Positions 40,850 through 48,844 of a stretch of 64,000 bases of DNA are shown piece after piece. Position numbers and translations under genes: made by a program. The stretch lies in NCBI GenBank assembly GCA_045578865.1, contig JAZNLB010000017.1, positions 24,054 to 88,053 on the forward strand, given 5' to 3'. The notes beneath the pieces are model-generated. The model was not told the origin of the DNA. It searched no databases and saw only the letters and a program-made list of their open reading frames with translations. The stretch's first letter is position 1; every line of letters starts with the position of its first letter. Source of the stretch: Clostridia bacterium (GTDB lineage Bacteria; Bacillota; Clostridia; UBA1381; UMGS1253).

Positions 40850-41095
40850 TTATGCCTTTGCGTAAGCCGTTTTCGAACTTACGCCGTCGAGTTTACCTAT
40901 TTTCCCCGTCAACGCACTGATGGCATCCGCCGGCGCATCCATTGCAATGCTGATGATGCTCATGTTCTTTGCACGATACGGGATACCCATGCGCCCGATT
41001 ATATAATCGCGGTACTGGTGCAAAACCTCATTGAGCCGCTCTACCGAAGCTTCATTTTCCACCACAATACCGATGACCGCAATTCTTGTTTCCAT
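40850..41095 (-). CDS. TM1266-family putative iron-only hydrogenase system regulator (small ACT/NikR-C-like protein)
   Basis: METRIAVIGIVVEN...RMGIPYR...ISI matches the TIGR03959-type pattern as I remember it. The start is moved to ATG 41095, after GGGGAG. The track start lies within a hairpin. Confidence 0.7.
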   Translation of the reverse strand: METRIAVIGIVVENEASVERLNEVLHQYRDYIIGRMGIPYRAKNMSIISIAMDAPADAISALTGKIGKLDGVSSKTAYAKA

Positions 41096-41125
41096 TTTCC
41101 ATCTTCTCCCCGTATAAAATGAAAG

Positions 41126-41145
41126 GCCGCACCCGAAGGTGCGGC
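41126..41145 (-). terminator. GC-rich hairpin (gccgcacc-ttcg-ggtgcggc) between the SLOG-like gene and the hyd genes
   Basis: An 8-bp GC stem with a UUCG loop is followed on the minus strand by CTTTCATTTTAT. Confidence 0.5.
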
Positions 41146-41260
41146 AAAACAAAGCCTTTGCAGGCCTATCTTACATTTATGCCGAACCTTCCGTCTCAAA
41201 ACGCATTTTCAACGTCAGGATGCTTTTGTGCTTTTATTTTACACCGTGTTTTTGTTTTTG

Positions 41261-41755
41261 TCAACCTTGCTCTTTTTTCGCAACTCTGTCTACGGAATAC
41301 AGTTTCACTCCTTGCGAAAGAGCATACCGAACCGTATACCCCGTACCGCCACCGTTTTTTCGAAAAAACACGACCCCGCAGGCACTTGCATCGACCATAG
41401 CGCGATTGCGCGCATGCATGCAATACGGCGTATAGGCCTCCGATACATATTCCACAATATCGGCAGCAGATAAAATTTCCTCATACACCGTGCGGTCCGT
41501 TGCTGACCACTTTGTCGCCTGAGCCTTGCAGGGCAGGCACAGGTGCAGGCACACATCGGCGCGTTTTTTACGCAATGCCAGCACCGCGCGCGCCGCCAGC
41601 GTATCAAATCCGAGTGCGCCGCCGCAAATAAAGGTGCGTATATTTAATTTTTCTGCAAGGCTTTCACAAAGCAAGAGCGTCTTTTCATAAATCTGTGCCG
41701 CCTCCGCTTCGGGAATCTGCCTGTGCCCCGTAAAAAAACATGTTTGCTCTCTCAT
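41261..41755 (-). CDS. SLOG/YpsA-like (DUF1273) family protein
   Basis: The CFFTGHR start motif, GGALGFD and about 160 aa are typical of DUF1273 as I remember it. Confidence 0.7.
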   Translation of the reverse strand: MREQTCFFTGHRQIPEAEAAQIYEKTLLLCESLAEKLNIRTFICGGALGFDTLAARAVLALRKKRADVCLHLCLPCKAQATKWSATDRTVYEEILSAADIVEYVSEAYTPYCMHARNRAMVDASACGVVFFRKNGGGTGYTVRYALSQGVKLYSVDRVAKKEQG

Positions 41756-41770
41756 AATTTCTCCGAAAAC

Positions 41771-41793
41771 AAAAGCCGCCCATGGCGGCTTTT
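41771..41793 (-). terminator. Terminator after the second SLH-domain gene
   Basis: aaaagccgcc-cat-ggcggctttt, followed on the minus strand by TTTTGTTTT. Confidence 0.7.
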
Positions 41794-41806
41794 GTTGTTT
41801 GTTTTA

Positions 41807-43636
41807 TTATCTGTTAATCACCAGAATCGTTGCAGCGGTATACGCTCCGTTCTTCTCCGTTATGGTTGCAAAAAGTTCTTCGCCAACTTCAATGTTTTCA
41901 AACTTCACAAGCAATCCCGTTGAGCCTGCACGAATATTGGTCTTGTCCGTCAAATGAATTTTCTTTTCTTCACGCGTACCATCTTCATTACGGACGCTAA
42001 GCATAATGTAGCCAAGCGCCTCATTCTTCTCCGTAATTATACCGCTCAAATTGGTTGCCTTCGGCGCACTGGTTACAGAAATTCTGTTTGCCGCACTGCT
42101 CTCTGCAGAAACTTTTACATCATAGCCAAGTTCCAAATCGTAAATTGTACCCTCAATCGTATCGAGCATAATCACGGTATCCAGCGTCAGATATAGTTTT
42201 TTAATCTCGCCGTCCATCGCCTTAATTGCAATATACGAATCTGTTCGAGAAATATGAATTTCGGTGATCGTACCCATCAAGGTTTCCGTTTTGGATGTCG
42301 CTGTAATTCTGGTGATTTCGCCATAAACAATCGTAAGCTTCACCGTATCGCCGACAAGCAAGTCCGCCGGAGTTGCTTCCTCCTTGTTTCGCATTACAAC
42401 CACCTTTTCGGAAAGCGGCCACTGCTTTCCGTCAAACTTTTTATCGCTGTGTGCAACCGTCAGAAGATTGATGCCGTTTTCATAGGCAATCGCTTCAACG
42501 CTTGCAGCTTCTACTGTCAGCGTTTTCGTTTCAGCCACGATGCCGACAACTTCATCTCCCTCAAAAGTAAGATATACATAGTCAGTTGCCTTAATAGAGG
42601 TCAGTGACGGCTTTGTTTCTTCATTTACAATATAGGAAACCTTGCCTGCCAGTTTGTAGGATTGAACAGTTGCAATGCCGCCGTTTTTGTCATACACCTT
42701 AATGTATGTGCCGTCCTCTTGGGTAACGGAGCCGCTGTAAATACCCTCTACCACTTTTGTTTCAGGCACTTTTTCGCTCGCATCAGTCGTTACGGCATCC
42801 AGCGCCAAAAGGCCTTTGTATGTCATCGTTGCAAGTACATCATCGCCATCTTTGATATCTGCGAGTGTTGCAGCTGCGCCGTCTTTGTGGATAATCGTCT
42901 TTTCGCTAACATTGTAAGCCTCACCGTTTACGCTCAGTCCGGTTTCGGTCACAGCCGAAGCCTCGCCGCTAACCGTCTTTATTGCAAGCATATTGATGGT
43001 GCGTTTGAGCATAATGGCAATCTGTGCACGGGTTACACCCATATCCGGCGAAAATGTACCATCTCCCATACCGGTCATGATACCCTTTTCAGTCACATAA
43101 GAGATATAGCCCTTTGCGGAATTCAAAAATGTATCTGTATCCGTATAGTCAAATACGAACATCACCGCATCGGCAACTTCCTGCTCACCGTCTAAAATCT
43201 TGGTAATCAGTTTTGCCGCCTCATGGCGCTTCATCGGTACATCCTGCACATCCGTTGCCAGATATTCATCTAGGTCTTCTGTATCCAAAATTCCTCTGTA
43301 TAACAGAAAGCACAATTCTTTTACCGCATAAGTTTCATATTTTTCTGCTACATCCGCATACAGCTTCTGTGCATCTAAAACCGCTTGTGCATTTTTTGTA
43401 TCATTTACACCAATCACTCGCGCAAACAATGTAAATGCTTCCTCGTTGGTCACGGAGTTTTCCGGCTTATATGTACCATCACTATAGCCCTTGATAATGC
43501 CCTCGCCGACCAATTCCTCTACGGTTTCACGCGCCCAATCCCAACGCGCGTCCTCCATGTCCGGAAAAGATGCCGCCTGTGCAACCACCGCAAATGCCAT
43601 CAGCATAGCAAGCATTGCCAACAAAACTTTTTTCAT
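41807..43636 (-). CDS. Secreted SLH-domain cell-wall protein
   Basis: Signal peptide (..AVVAQA) and SLH repeats (IIKGYSDGTYKPENSVTNEEAFTLFARV, GIMTGMGDGTFSPDMGVTRAQIAIML). Confidence 0.85.
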   Translation of the reverse strand: MKKVLLAMLAMLMAFAVVAQAASFPDMEDARWDWARETVEELVGEGIIKGYSDGTYKPENSVTNEEAFTLFARVIGVNDTKNAQAVLDAQKLYADVAEKYETYAVKELCFLLYRGILDTEDLDEYLATDVQDVPMKRHEAAKLITKILDGEQEVADAVMFVFDYTDTDTFLNSAKGYISYVTEKGIMTGMGDGTFSPDMGVTRAQIAIMLKRTINMLAIKTVSGEASAVTETGLSVNGEAYNVSEKTIIHKDGAAATLADIKDGDDVLATMTYKGLLALDAVTTDASEKVPETKVVEGIYSGSVTQEDGTYIKVYDKNGGIATVQSYKLAGKVSYIVNEETKPSLTSIKATDYVYLTFEGDEVVGIVAETKTLTVEAASVEAIAYENGINLLTVAHSDKKFDGKQWPLSEKVVVMRNKEEATPADLLVGDTVKLTIVYGEITRITATSKTETLMGTITEIHISRTDSYIAIKAMDGEIKKLYLTLDTVIMLDTIEGTIYDLELGYDVKVSAESSAANRISVTSAPKATNLSGIITEKNEALGYIMLSVRNEDGTREEKKIHLTDKTNIRAGSTGLLVKFENIEVGEELFATITEKNGAYTAATILVINR

Positions 43637-43759
43637 CGCTTTCTGCCTCCTTGTTAAAATCTCTATATGGTGTTTTCTCTTTGTTTTATTGATTTTTTAT
43701 ACCATAAGTAAAAATGCTTTCTTGCAAGGGCATTTTTACGCAGCCGTCAATATTACAGA

Positions 43760-43810
43760 ATGTACTTCGTACATTTGCGACGAAGTCGCAAAGCCTTGCC
43801 ACGCAAGGCT
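43760..43810 (-). other. Three abutting perfect triloop hairpins at the predicted 5' end of the SLH mRNA
   Basis: The three hairpins are atgtac-ttc-gtacat, ttgcgac-gaa-gtcgcaa and agccttgc-cac-gcaaggct. They are back to back. Confidence 0.6.
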
Positions 43811-43820
43811 TGCTATATTT

Positions 43821-43848
43821 ATTATACCATAAAATGTTTGTATGTAAA
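43821..43848 (-). promoter_or_regulatory. Promoter TTTACA-16 nt-TGGTATAAT (minus strand) for the SLH gene
   Basis: The reverse complement reads tttaca tacaaacattttatgg tataat. This implies a 5' UTR of about 180 nt. Confidence 0.55.
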
Positions 43849-43950
43849 TAGGTTTTTTGTTAAGTCTGTATGACAAATTTTGCATTTTTTGCATCTGAAA
43901 AGCACACGGCGCATACGATAAAACAGATAGTTTGGACGGGAGGTGACACT

Positions 43951-44199
43951 ATGCCGGATAAAAACAAACCCAACCTGTCGGGCATTGAAGAAAAAACTCT
44001 GCGTGAAATGCGTGACTTTGCCGCTACGCGGGAAGGCGTTTCCCTACGCAAAAAACTGGCAGGTCTTGACCCGAATAAATTGATGAAGGCATTTTCTTCG
44101 CTGGATAAAGCCACCGTGGAAGCACGCCTCAAAAACCTCGATGCTAAGCAAATACGCAAGGCCATGGAAAACAACGACTTTCTAGACAAACTCAAATAA
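43951..44199 (+). CDS. Small hypothetical protein (82 aa), first gene of a probable spoIID operon
   Basis: ATG 43951 follows GGGAGGTG. The protein is charged and helical-looking, with no motif I recognise. Confidence 0.55.
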   Translation: MPDKNKPNLSGIEEKTLREMRDFAATREGVSLRKKLAGLDPNKLMKAFSSLDKATVEARLKNLDAKQIRKAMENNDFLDKLK

Positions 44200-44212
44200 A
44201 GGGGTGAACAGT

Positions 44213-44539
44213 ATGGCAGACGGATTAGACAGCGCAATCGATACATTAAAAGAAATCTTAAACAGTCCGGATGCGGCGCAAAACATATCTGCCATGCTCT
44301 CCGGCTTTGGACTGCCGGGCGCAGAAAAACAAGAAGAGGATACACTGGGTTTTTCACCGCAAATGCTCGCTAAGGTTATGGATGCATACAAATCTCTCGG
44401 CAAAGAAGACGACCGCCGTGTAACACTTCTGCGTGCGGTGCGCCCGTTTATGCGCGAAACACGCAAAGGCGAAGTGGATTTGGCCATCCGCCTTCTGACA
44501 ATTTTAAAATTGATGCCGCTATTAAAGGAACTGAACTGA
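44213..44539 (+). CDS. Small hypothetical protein (108 aa)
   Basis: ATG 44213 follows AAGGGGTG. The C-terminus is LLRAVRPFMRETRKGEVDLAIRLLTILKLMPLL. Confidence 0.55.
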   Translation: MADGLDSAIDTLKEILNSPDAAQNISAMLSGFGLPGAEKQEEDTLGFSPQMLAKVMDAYKSLGKEDDRRVTLLRAVRPFMRETRKGEVDLAIRLLTILKLMPLLKELN

Positions 44540-44540
44540 T

Positions 44541-44789
44541 ATGTACAGACGCTACTACAAATACAACGACCCTACGCCGGGACAACGGCGCATACCACCG
44601 CAACCACCCGCGCCGCCGCCAAAGCCGCAACCTCCGCTGCCTGCCATTGCACAGGATTTTCTGTCCGGCATGGCAAAAGATGACCTGATACTGGCAGGCC
44701 TTTTGCTGCTTTTGCTGCTCGGCGAGGAAAAAGAAAACATCGACTTGCCGCTTGCGGCGTCGCTTTTATATTTACTACTCAAAAAATGA
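44541..44789 (+). CDS. Small proline-rich / leucine-rich hypothetical protein (82 aa)
   Basis: It contains PPQPPAPPPKPQPPLP followed by DDLILAGLLLLLLLGEE and LLYLLL. Its start is 1 nt after the previous stop. Confidence 0.5.
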   Translation: MYRRYYKYNDPTPGQRRIPPQPPAPPPKPQPPLPAIAQDFLSGMAKDDLILAGLLLLLLLGEEKENIDLPLAASLLYLLLKK

Positions 44790-44798
44790 GGGCTTCCG

Positions 44799-45773
44799 AT
44801 GAAAAAACTGCTTGGCCTGTTTTTACTTTATACCTTTATTGTGCTCGGCGTACCGATTTTGCTTGTGCTTTTGCTGCGCGCAAAGCCGGAAATCAAAAAA
44901 AGCACCGAGCCGCTGGATTCCATTACCACCTATGTCGCTGCAGAAGACGCAGTGCAAACACTCGACTTTTCCGAATATTTAAAGGGTGTTGTCGCCGCAG
45001 AAATGCCGGCTTCATTTCATACGGAGGCCCTGCGTGCACAAGCGGTCGCCGCACGCAGTTATGTCCTGTACCGCCGCAACGGATACTTGCGTGACGGCAT
45101 CCCCGAAGCACACCATGGTGCATTGGCGTGCACCGACAGTGCCCACTGCAAAGCGTGGAAAAGCCCGGACGAGCTTCGCAACGCCTGGGGCGCTGACTAC
45201 GAAGTGCATATGCAAAAAATTGCTGCCGCAGTAGAAGATACCGCCGGTATCGTACTTACTTATGACGGTGAACTGGTCAACGCCGTGTTTCACTCCACTT
45301 CTTCCGGTCGAACAGAAAGCGCCAAGGATGTGTGGGGCGGCGATGTGCCCTATCTCGTCAGCGTTGCCAGTTACGGAGACGAGCTGTCCCCTCGATTTTC
45401 CTCCAAGGTATCCTTAAGCGCGGAAGAATATAAACAAAAGCTGCAAAGTGTATACCCCGAAGCACAGTTTGCCGACGGCGATGCGCTCGTCGGAGAAATT
45501 CTGCGTTCTGCCGCAGGCGGTATCAAAGAAATTCAGACGGGCGGAGTCCGTTTGACCGGCACACAGTTTCGCAATCTCTATGGCCTGTGCAGTACCAATA
45601 TTGAGTTTACGCAAAGTGCAAACTCCATTACCATGACCGTCACGGGTAACGGACACGGCGTAGGCCTGAGCCAGTACGGCGCAAACTATCTTGCAAATCA
45701 GGGAAAAACCTACGAAGAAATTTTAAAAACATATTATACGGGAGTTTCGGTGGAAACCTATAAAGAAAAATGA
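44799..45773 (+). CDS. spoIID: Stage II sporulation protein D (SpoIID/LytB domain lytic transglycosylase)
   Basis: N-terminal TM segment, then AVFHSTSSGRTESAKDVWG and GNGHGVGLSQYGANYLA motifs. Confidence 0.9.
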   Translation: MKKLLGLFLLYTFIVLGVPILLVLLLRAKPEIKKSTEPLDSITTYVAAEDAVQTLDFSEYLKGVVAAEMPASFHTEALRAQAVAARSYVLYRRNGYLRDGIPEAHHGALACTDSAHCKAWKSPDELRNAWGADYEVHMQKIAAAVEDTAGIVLTYDGELVNAVFHSTSSGRTESAKDVWGGDVPYLVSVASYGDELSPRFSSKVSLSAEEYKQKLQSVYPEAQFADGDALVGEILRSAAGGIKEIQTGGVRLTGTQFRNLYGLCSTNIEFTQSANSITMTVTGNGHGVGLSQYGANYLANQGKTYEEILKTYYTGVSVETYKEK

Positions 45774-45887
45774 TGTTTTCTGCCGCATAGATTTACACAC
45801 ATCGCACATATCGCAAAATATACTTTTCATTTTTAAAATATATACCATATATTGTGGTCAAAGGTCGAATTGTGCGCTCGCTTTTGC

Positions 45888-45916
45888 TTGGCAAATCCAC
45901 TATTTTGTGCTAAAAT
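45888..45916 (+). promoter_or_regulatory. Promoter TTGGCA-17 nt-TAAAAT
   Basis: ttggca aatccactattttgtgc taaaat lies about 40 nt upstream of ATG 45955. Confidence 0.5.
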
Positions 45917-45954
45917 TTAATCATAGAAAACACATAGGAAGAAAAGGTGACATC

Positions 45955-46302
45955 ATGGACAAAGAATTGTATACGACAAAAAAAGTAACAGCCGAAGAAG
46001 ACGAAAAAACCTTTCTGCTTGAATACTACATAACAGAGGATGAAATGCCGCTCGGCGACAGCCTTTCGGTAATTTCCTACGGCGTGGAGATTGTGCTTAA
46101 AAGCCGTTTGCAAATCGAAGCCTCCCGCGCAAGTTTTTTGTTTACGGACAAGCAGCAGGCACTTTCGTTTGCCGAACTTTTGGCAAACACACACACATTT
46201 CCGGTATCGCTTTCCGGCATCGTGGAGGATTTAACCGCCGGAGAAGAGATCCCAAAAACCTCGCCTGCGCCAAAGGTGCAATGCTTTACGGCAACGGCAT
46301 AA
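45955..46302 (+). CDS. Hypothetical protein (115 aa; possibly DUF6514-like)
   Basis: ATG 45955 follows AAAGGTGA. It has its own promoter and terminator. The family guess is from memory only. Confidence 0.55.
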   Translation: MDKELYTTKKVTAEEDEKTFLLEYYITEDEMPLGDSLSVISYGVEIVLKSRLQIEASRASFLFTDKQQALSFAELLANTHTFPVSLSGIVEDLTAGEEIPKTSPAPKVQCFTATA

Positions 46303-46324
46303 TTGAATTAAACCAAGCTTGTAT

Positions 46325-46356
46325 GGGTGTAAAATTTAGATTTTACACCCTTTTTT
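46325..46356 (+). terminator. Terminator, variant of the GGATGTAAA hairpin family
   Basis: gggtgtaaaat-ttag-attttacaccc followed by TTTTTT. Confidence 0.8.
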
Positions 46357-46373
46357 CATTTTCCATTTTTAAA

Positions 46374-46394
46374 TCATGCCGCAAGGCAAATCAT
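46374..46394 (+). repeat. Left direct repeat bracketing the AT-rich islet
   Basis: tcatgccgcaaggcaaatcat matches 49509-49528 (tcatgccgaaggcaaatcat) at 20 of 21 positions, with one extra C. Confidence 0.8.
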
Positions 46395-46457
46395 TCGTCG
46401 CAACAAGCGACCTATGTGTCGCTTACGAAAAGTTGATAGTCGTAGCCCTTTTTTCCT

Positions 46458-46466
46458 TGGTATAAT
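46458..46466 (+). promoter_or_regulatory. Extended -10 element TGGTATAAT upstream of the islet's first gene
   Basis: It lies 48 nt upstream of ATG 46514. The RBS GGGAGG is at 46501-46506. Confidence 0.5.
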
Positions 46467-46513
46467 ATAAACATTCGCAAAAGCGAAAATTTATATTAAC
46501 GGGAGGAACAATT

Positions 46514-47749
46514 ATGTATCAGAAAAATTATTATACCGAATCCGCAAAAACGCGGCTAATGCTGGACAAAAATGCGAGAAAAGAGTATAATGAGAAAAAA
46601 GGAAGTATTTTCGATGAGGACGACATTGCAGACTCTGCGCTTAGTTATCTCTACAACGATGCAAACAAAATAAAAACGCAAGACTTTCTTAAAAGCAACG
46701 GATTTCCAACGGCGCAGCAACGAGCACAAAATCAACAGTTGTATGGTGCAGCGAAAGAACAAAAACAAATCCGAGATTTGCTGAAAAGCACCGCGAAAAA
46801 CACATTAAATCCCAATGTTACCAAACTCGACCTTGGATTTTTGCAAGGTATATACGGCGACGAAGAAGGCGATCGCGAATACCAAAAGATGTTGGCTAAT
46901 GCAAGCCAAAGACAGAGCGATTTGTATAATGCGTTCCAAGGCTCGCCGTTCGAGAGCGGGCTAAAATCAGTCTTGCCAATCAGCAAAAGCACAGAGGAGA
47001 TAAAGCCGGCTGTCCGCCGCTTTGCGGATACTACAAATGATGAAATTGGACATACTGCCATTCAAGATTTCGATAAGGAATACGACAGACCAAAGTATGC
47101 CGACAGCAAAACGGTTGCTTCAACATTAAAAGTTGGTGCGTATAGCACAAATAAGCCGGAAAACTCATTGCCGGCTATTGGTTCTGGGCCTGATGGCACA
47201 TGGAAAAAAACCGGTTTTTGGCCATGGCAACGCACATACGAAGTTGCACCGCCGAGATGGGAAGATCGTTATTATTGGAATAATAGTTTTTATCAGGAAA
47301 GAACAAATTGTTATGCATATGCTTTGAATTTAAGAGTAAATCCAAGGACGGATAAGAATTTTGGCAATGGGATAACAGCGGACTTTGGTTTGCCGGTCGG
47401 TATGATTTGTGCGGGAGTTTTGAAAGAAAATCAAATCTCAAGAGGAAACACCTTAGCATTGGTGCGATATGATGTTGAAGAACTTGGATGGACGATGGAA
47501 AGTGCAACACTTGATACACCTGTGCCTGAAGGCAAATGGAAAATTGCAATTGCAATTGCCCCTGGACAACAATATCATTTCTACAGACAAGACCTTGATG
47601 GAACATGGTCGCATAAACCTGGTCATAATCAAGCAACACAACTTGACGCATCCGGAAATATTATAACAAATCCGGAAACTGCCGATAGAAAGTATAAGGG
47701 TGTAAATTATAATGTATTCTGCGGATATTTCATTATCGGTCCTAAATAA
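46514..47749 (+). CDS. Hypothetical 411-aa protein with a C-terminal papain-fold (NlpC/P60-like) Cys/His signature; candidate toxin/amidase
   Basis: There is no signal peptide or TM segment. The C-terminal 140 aa or so contain ERTNCYAYALN and QYHFYRQDLDGTWSHKPG (His-x11-His), arranged like a Cys-His-His/Asp hydrolase. Confidence 0.5.
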   Translation: MYQKNYYTESAKTRLMLDKNARKEYNEKKGSIFDEDDIADSALSYLYNDANKIKTQDFLKSNGFPTAQQRAQNQQLYGAAKEQKQIRDLLKSTAKNTLNPNVTKLDLGFLQGIYGDEEGDREYQKMLANASQRQSDLYNAFQGSPFESGLKSVLPISKSTEEIKPAVRRFADTTNDEIGHTAIQDFDKEYDRPKYADSKTVASTLKVGAYSTNKPENSLPAIGSGPDGTWKKTGFWPWQRTYEVAPPRWEDRYYWNNSFYQERTNCYAYALNLRVNPRTDKNFGNGITADFGLPVGMICAGVLKENQISRGNTLALVRYDVEELGWTMESATLDTPVPEGKWKIAIAIAPGQQYHFYRQDLDGTWSHKPGHNQATQLDASGNIITNPETADRKYKGVNYNVFCGYFIIGPK

Positions 47750-47905
47750 AAACGAAAGGTGATTTGCAATGAAACGCATTGTTTGCTACTGTTTAATTTT
47801 ATGTATGACTATCCTGGGTTTATCGGCATGTGCACCGCAGGAACCAACGGCGGATGTGCATGCAATACAGCTTGGTGATACGGAAAAACAAGTCATTGCA
47901 AAAGC
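47750..47905 (+). repeat. Copy 1 of a duplicated 5' cassette of about 155 nt (RBS + lipoprotein signal peptide + first 40 or so codons)
   Basis: By-eye alignment with 48832-48987 gives about 90% identity. Both copies start with aaacgaaaggtgatttgcaatgaa. Confidence 0.85.
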
Positions 47906-48359
47906 CGGTTATCCGGACGGGTATGTTGGTTCAGAGGAAGATGTTTATTTTTACCATACGAATGAACAACCGACACAATATAAGTTTTTGTGGTTTTGCG
48001 AGGGTAAAGTATGCATTATTGCCTCTATGAGCGACGGTGTATTTACGCAGTGGTCAGTTTCGCCGACATATTCTTTCAAATCGCTTGCGGAAGTGCAAAA
48101 TTTTTCTTTCTGGAATGAGAAGATGGCCCCTTATGACTTAATAAGTTATTTAGGATTTGTCTACGATTCGGTTGAACACTCCGGCTTCGGTATTATGAAT
48201 ACAACTTACACTTATGCCCTGGAAAACGAAAGCTGGTTGAAGGTTACATTTTCGGCTATGCAACTGGAAAGTGCTATATTCGTAAATAGAAATGGTGAAG
48301 AATCGATTTTATGGCAAACGGGCGTGTTAAAGAAAGATGGGACACGCGTTTTAGAATAA
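47769..48359 (+). CDS. Lipoprotein, paralogue A (candidate immunity/inhibitor protein)
   Basis: The signal peptide MKRIVCYCLILCMTILGLSAC has the lipobox LSAC. It is followed by IQLGDTEKQVIAKAGYP, a BamE/BLIP-like opening motif. Confidence 0.7.
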   Translation: MKRIVCYCLILCMTILGLSACAPQEPTADVHAIQLGDTEKQVIAKAGYPDGYVGSEEDVYFYHTNEQPTQYKFLWFCEGKVCIIASMSDGVFTQWSVSPTYSFKSLAEVQNFSFWNEKMAPYDLISYLGFVYDSVEHSGFGIMNTTYTYALENESWLKVTFSAMQLESAIFVNRNGEESILWQTGVLKKDGTRVLE

Positions 48360-48418
48360 CGCGCCATTCGGATACATATCTTTCGGTTGCCAATTCACAA
48401 TTTTTAGGAGGTATTTAT

Positions 48419-48844
48419 ATGTATTATCTGTTGAATTTTACACCGTTTTTAATAAACATTCTTGCCTTGCCGTTACTTTGCAATTATGGGCACGAAATTG
48501 CAATATGTAAATTTGATTTATACGACATACAGTTTACATTTATCGTATTTTTCGTGCCGATTTATTTGCTTGTTTTGAACATAATTGCAGTCAACAAAAA
48601 AAAGAAAAAAATCGGCACTTGCATTTTAACTATGTGTCTGGTTATTTTTTCTAATGCTTTGCTGAGATATATTGATTGGGGATTAAGCTCCGGACTGTTA
48701 TTGAATCCGGACAGCGAAACCATCATGGCTGCTATATATGAAGGGACAGTTTTCCCCATGCTTATAGCGACATTGGGCATGTTGATTTTTTATTGCATCC
48801 GAAGATGTTTCTTAAAACGAAAGCAAAGCTTAAACGAAAGGTGA
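48419..48844 (+). CDS. Small 4-TM membrane protein (141 aa)
   Basis: ATG 48419 lies 8 nt after AGGAGG. It has four hydrophobic segments and a KKKKK loop encoded by an A8GA7 tract. The track start at 48311 overlaps the previous gene. Confidence 0.65.
   Translation: MYYLLNFTPFLINILALPLLCNYGHEIAICKFDLYDIQFTFIVFFVPIYLLVLNIIAVNKKKKKIGTCILTMCLVIFSNALLRYIDWGLSSGLLLNPDSETIMAAIYEGTVFPMLIATLGMLIFYCIRRCFLKRKQSLNER

Noticed and set aside
44182-44782. Minus-strand ORFs (44182-44487, 44555-44782) opposite the small spoIID-upstream genes.
   Set aside because: They are low-complexity mirror images of the Pro/Leu-rich plus-strand ORFs. They have no RBS and do not fit the operon organisation.
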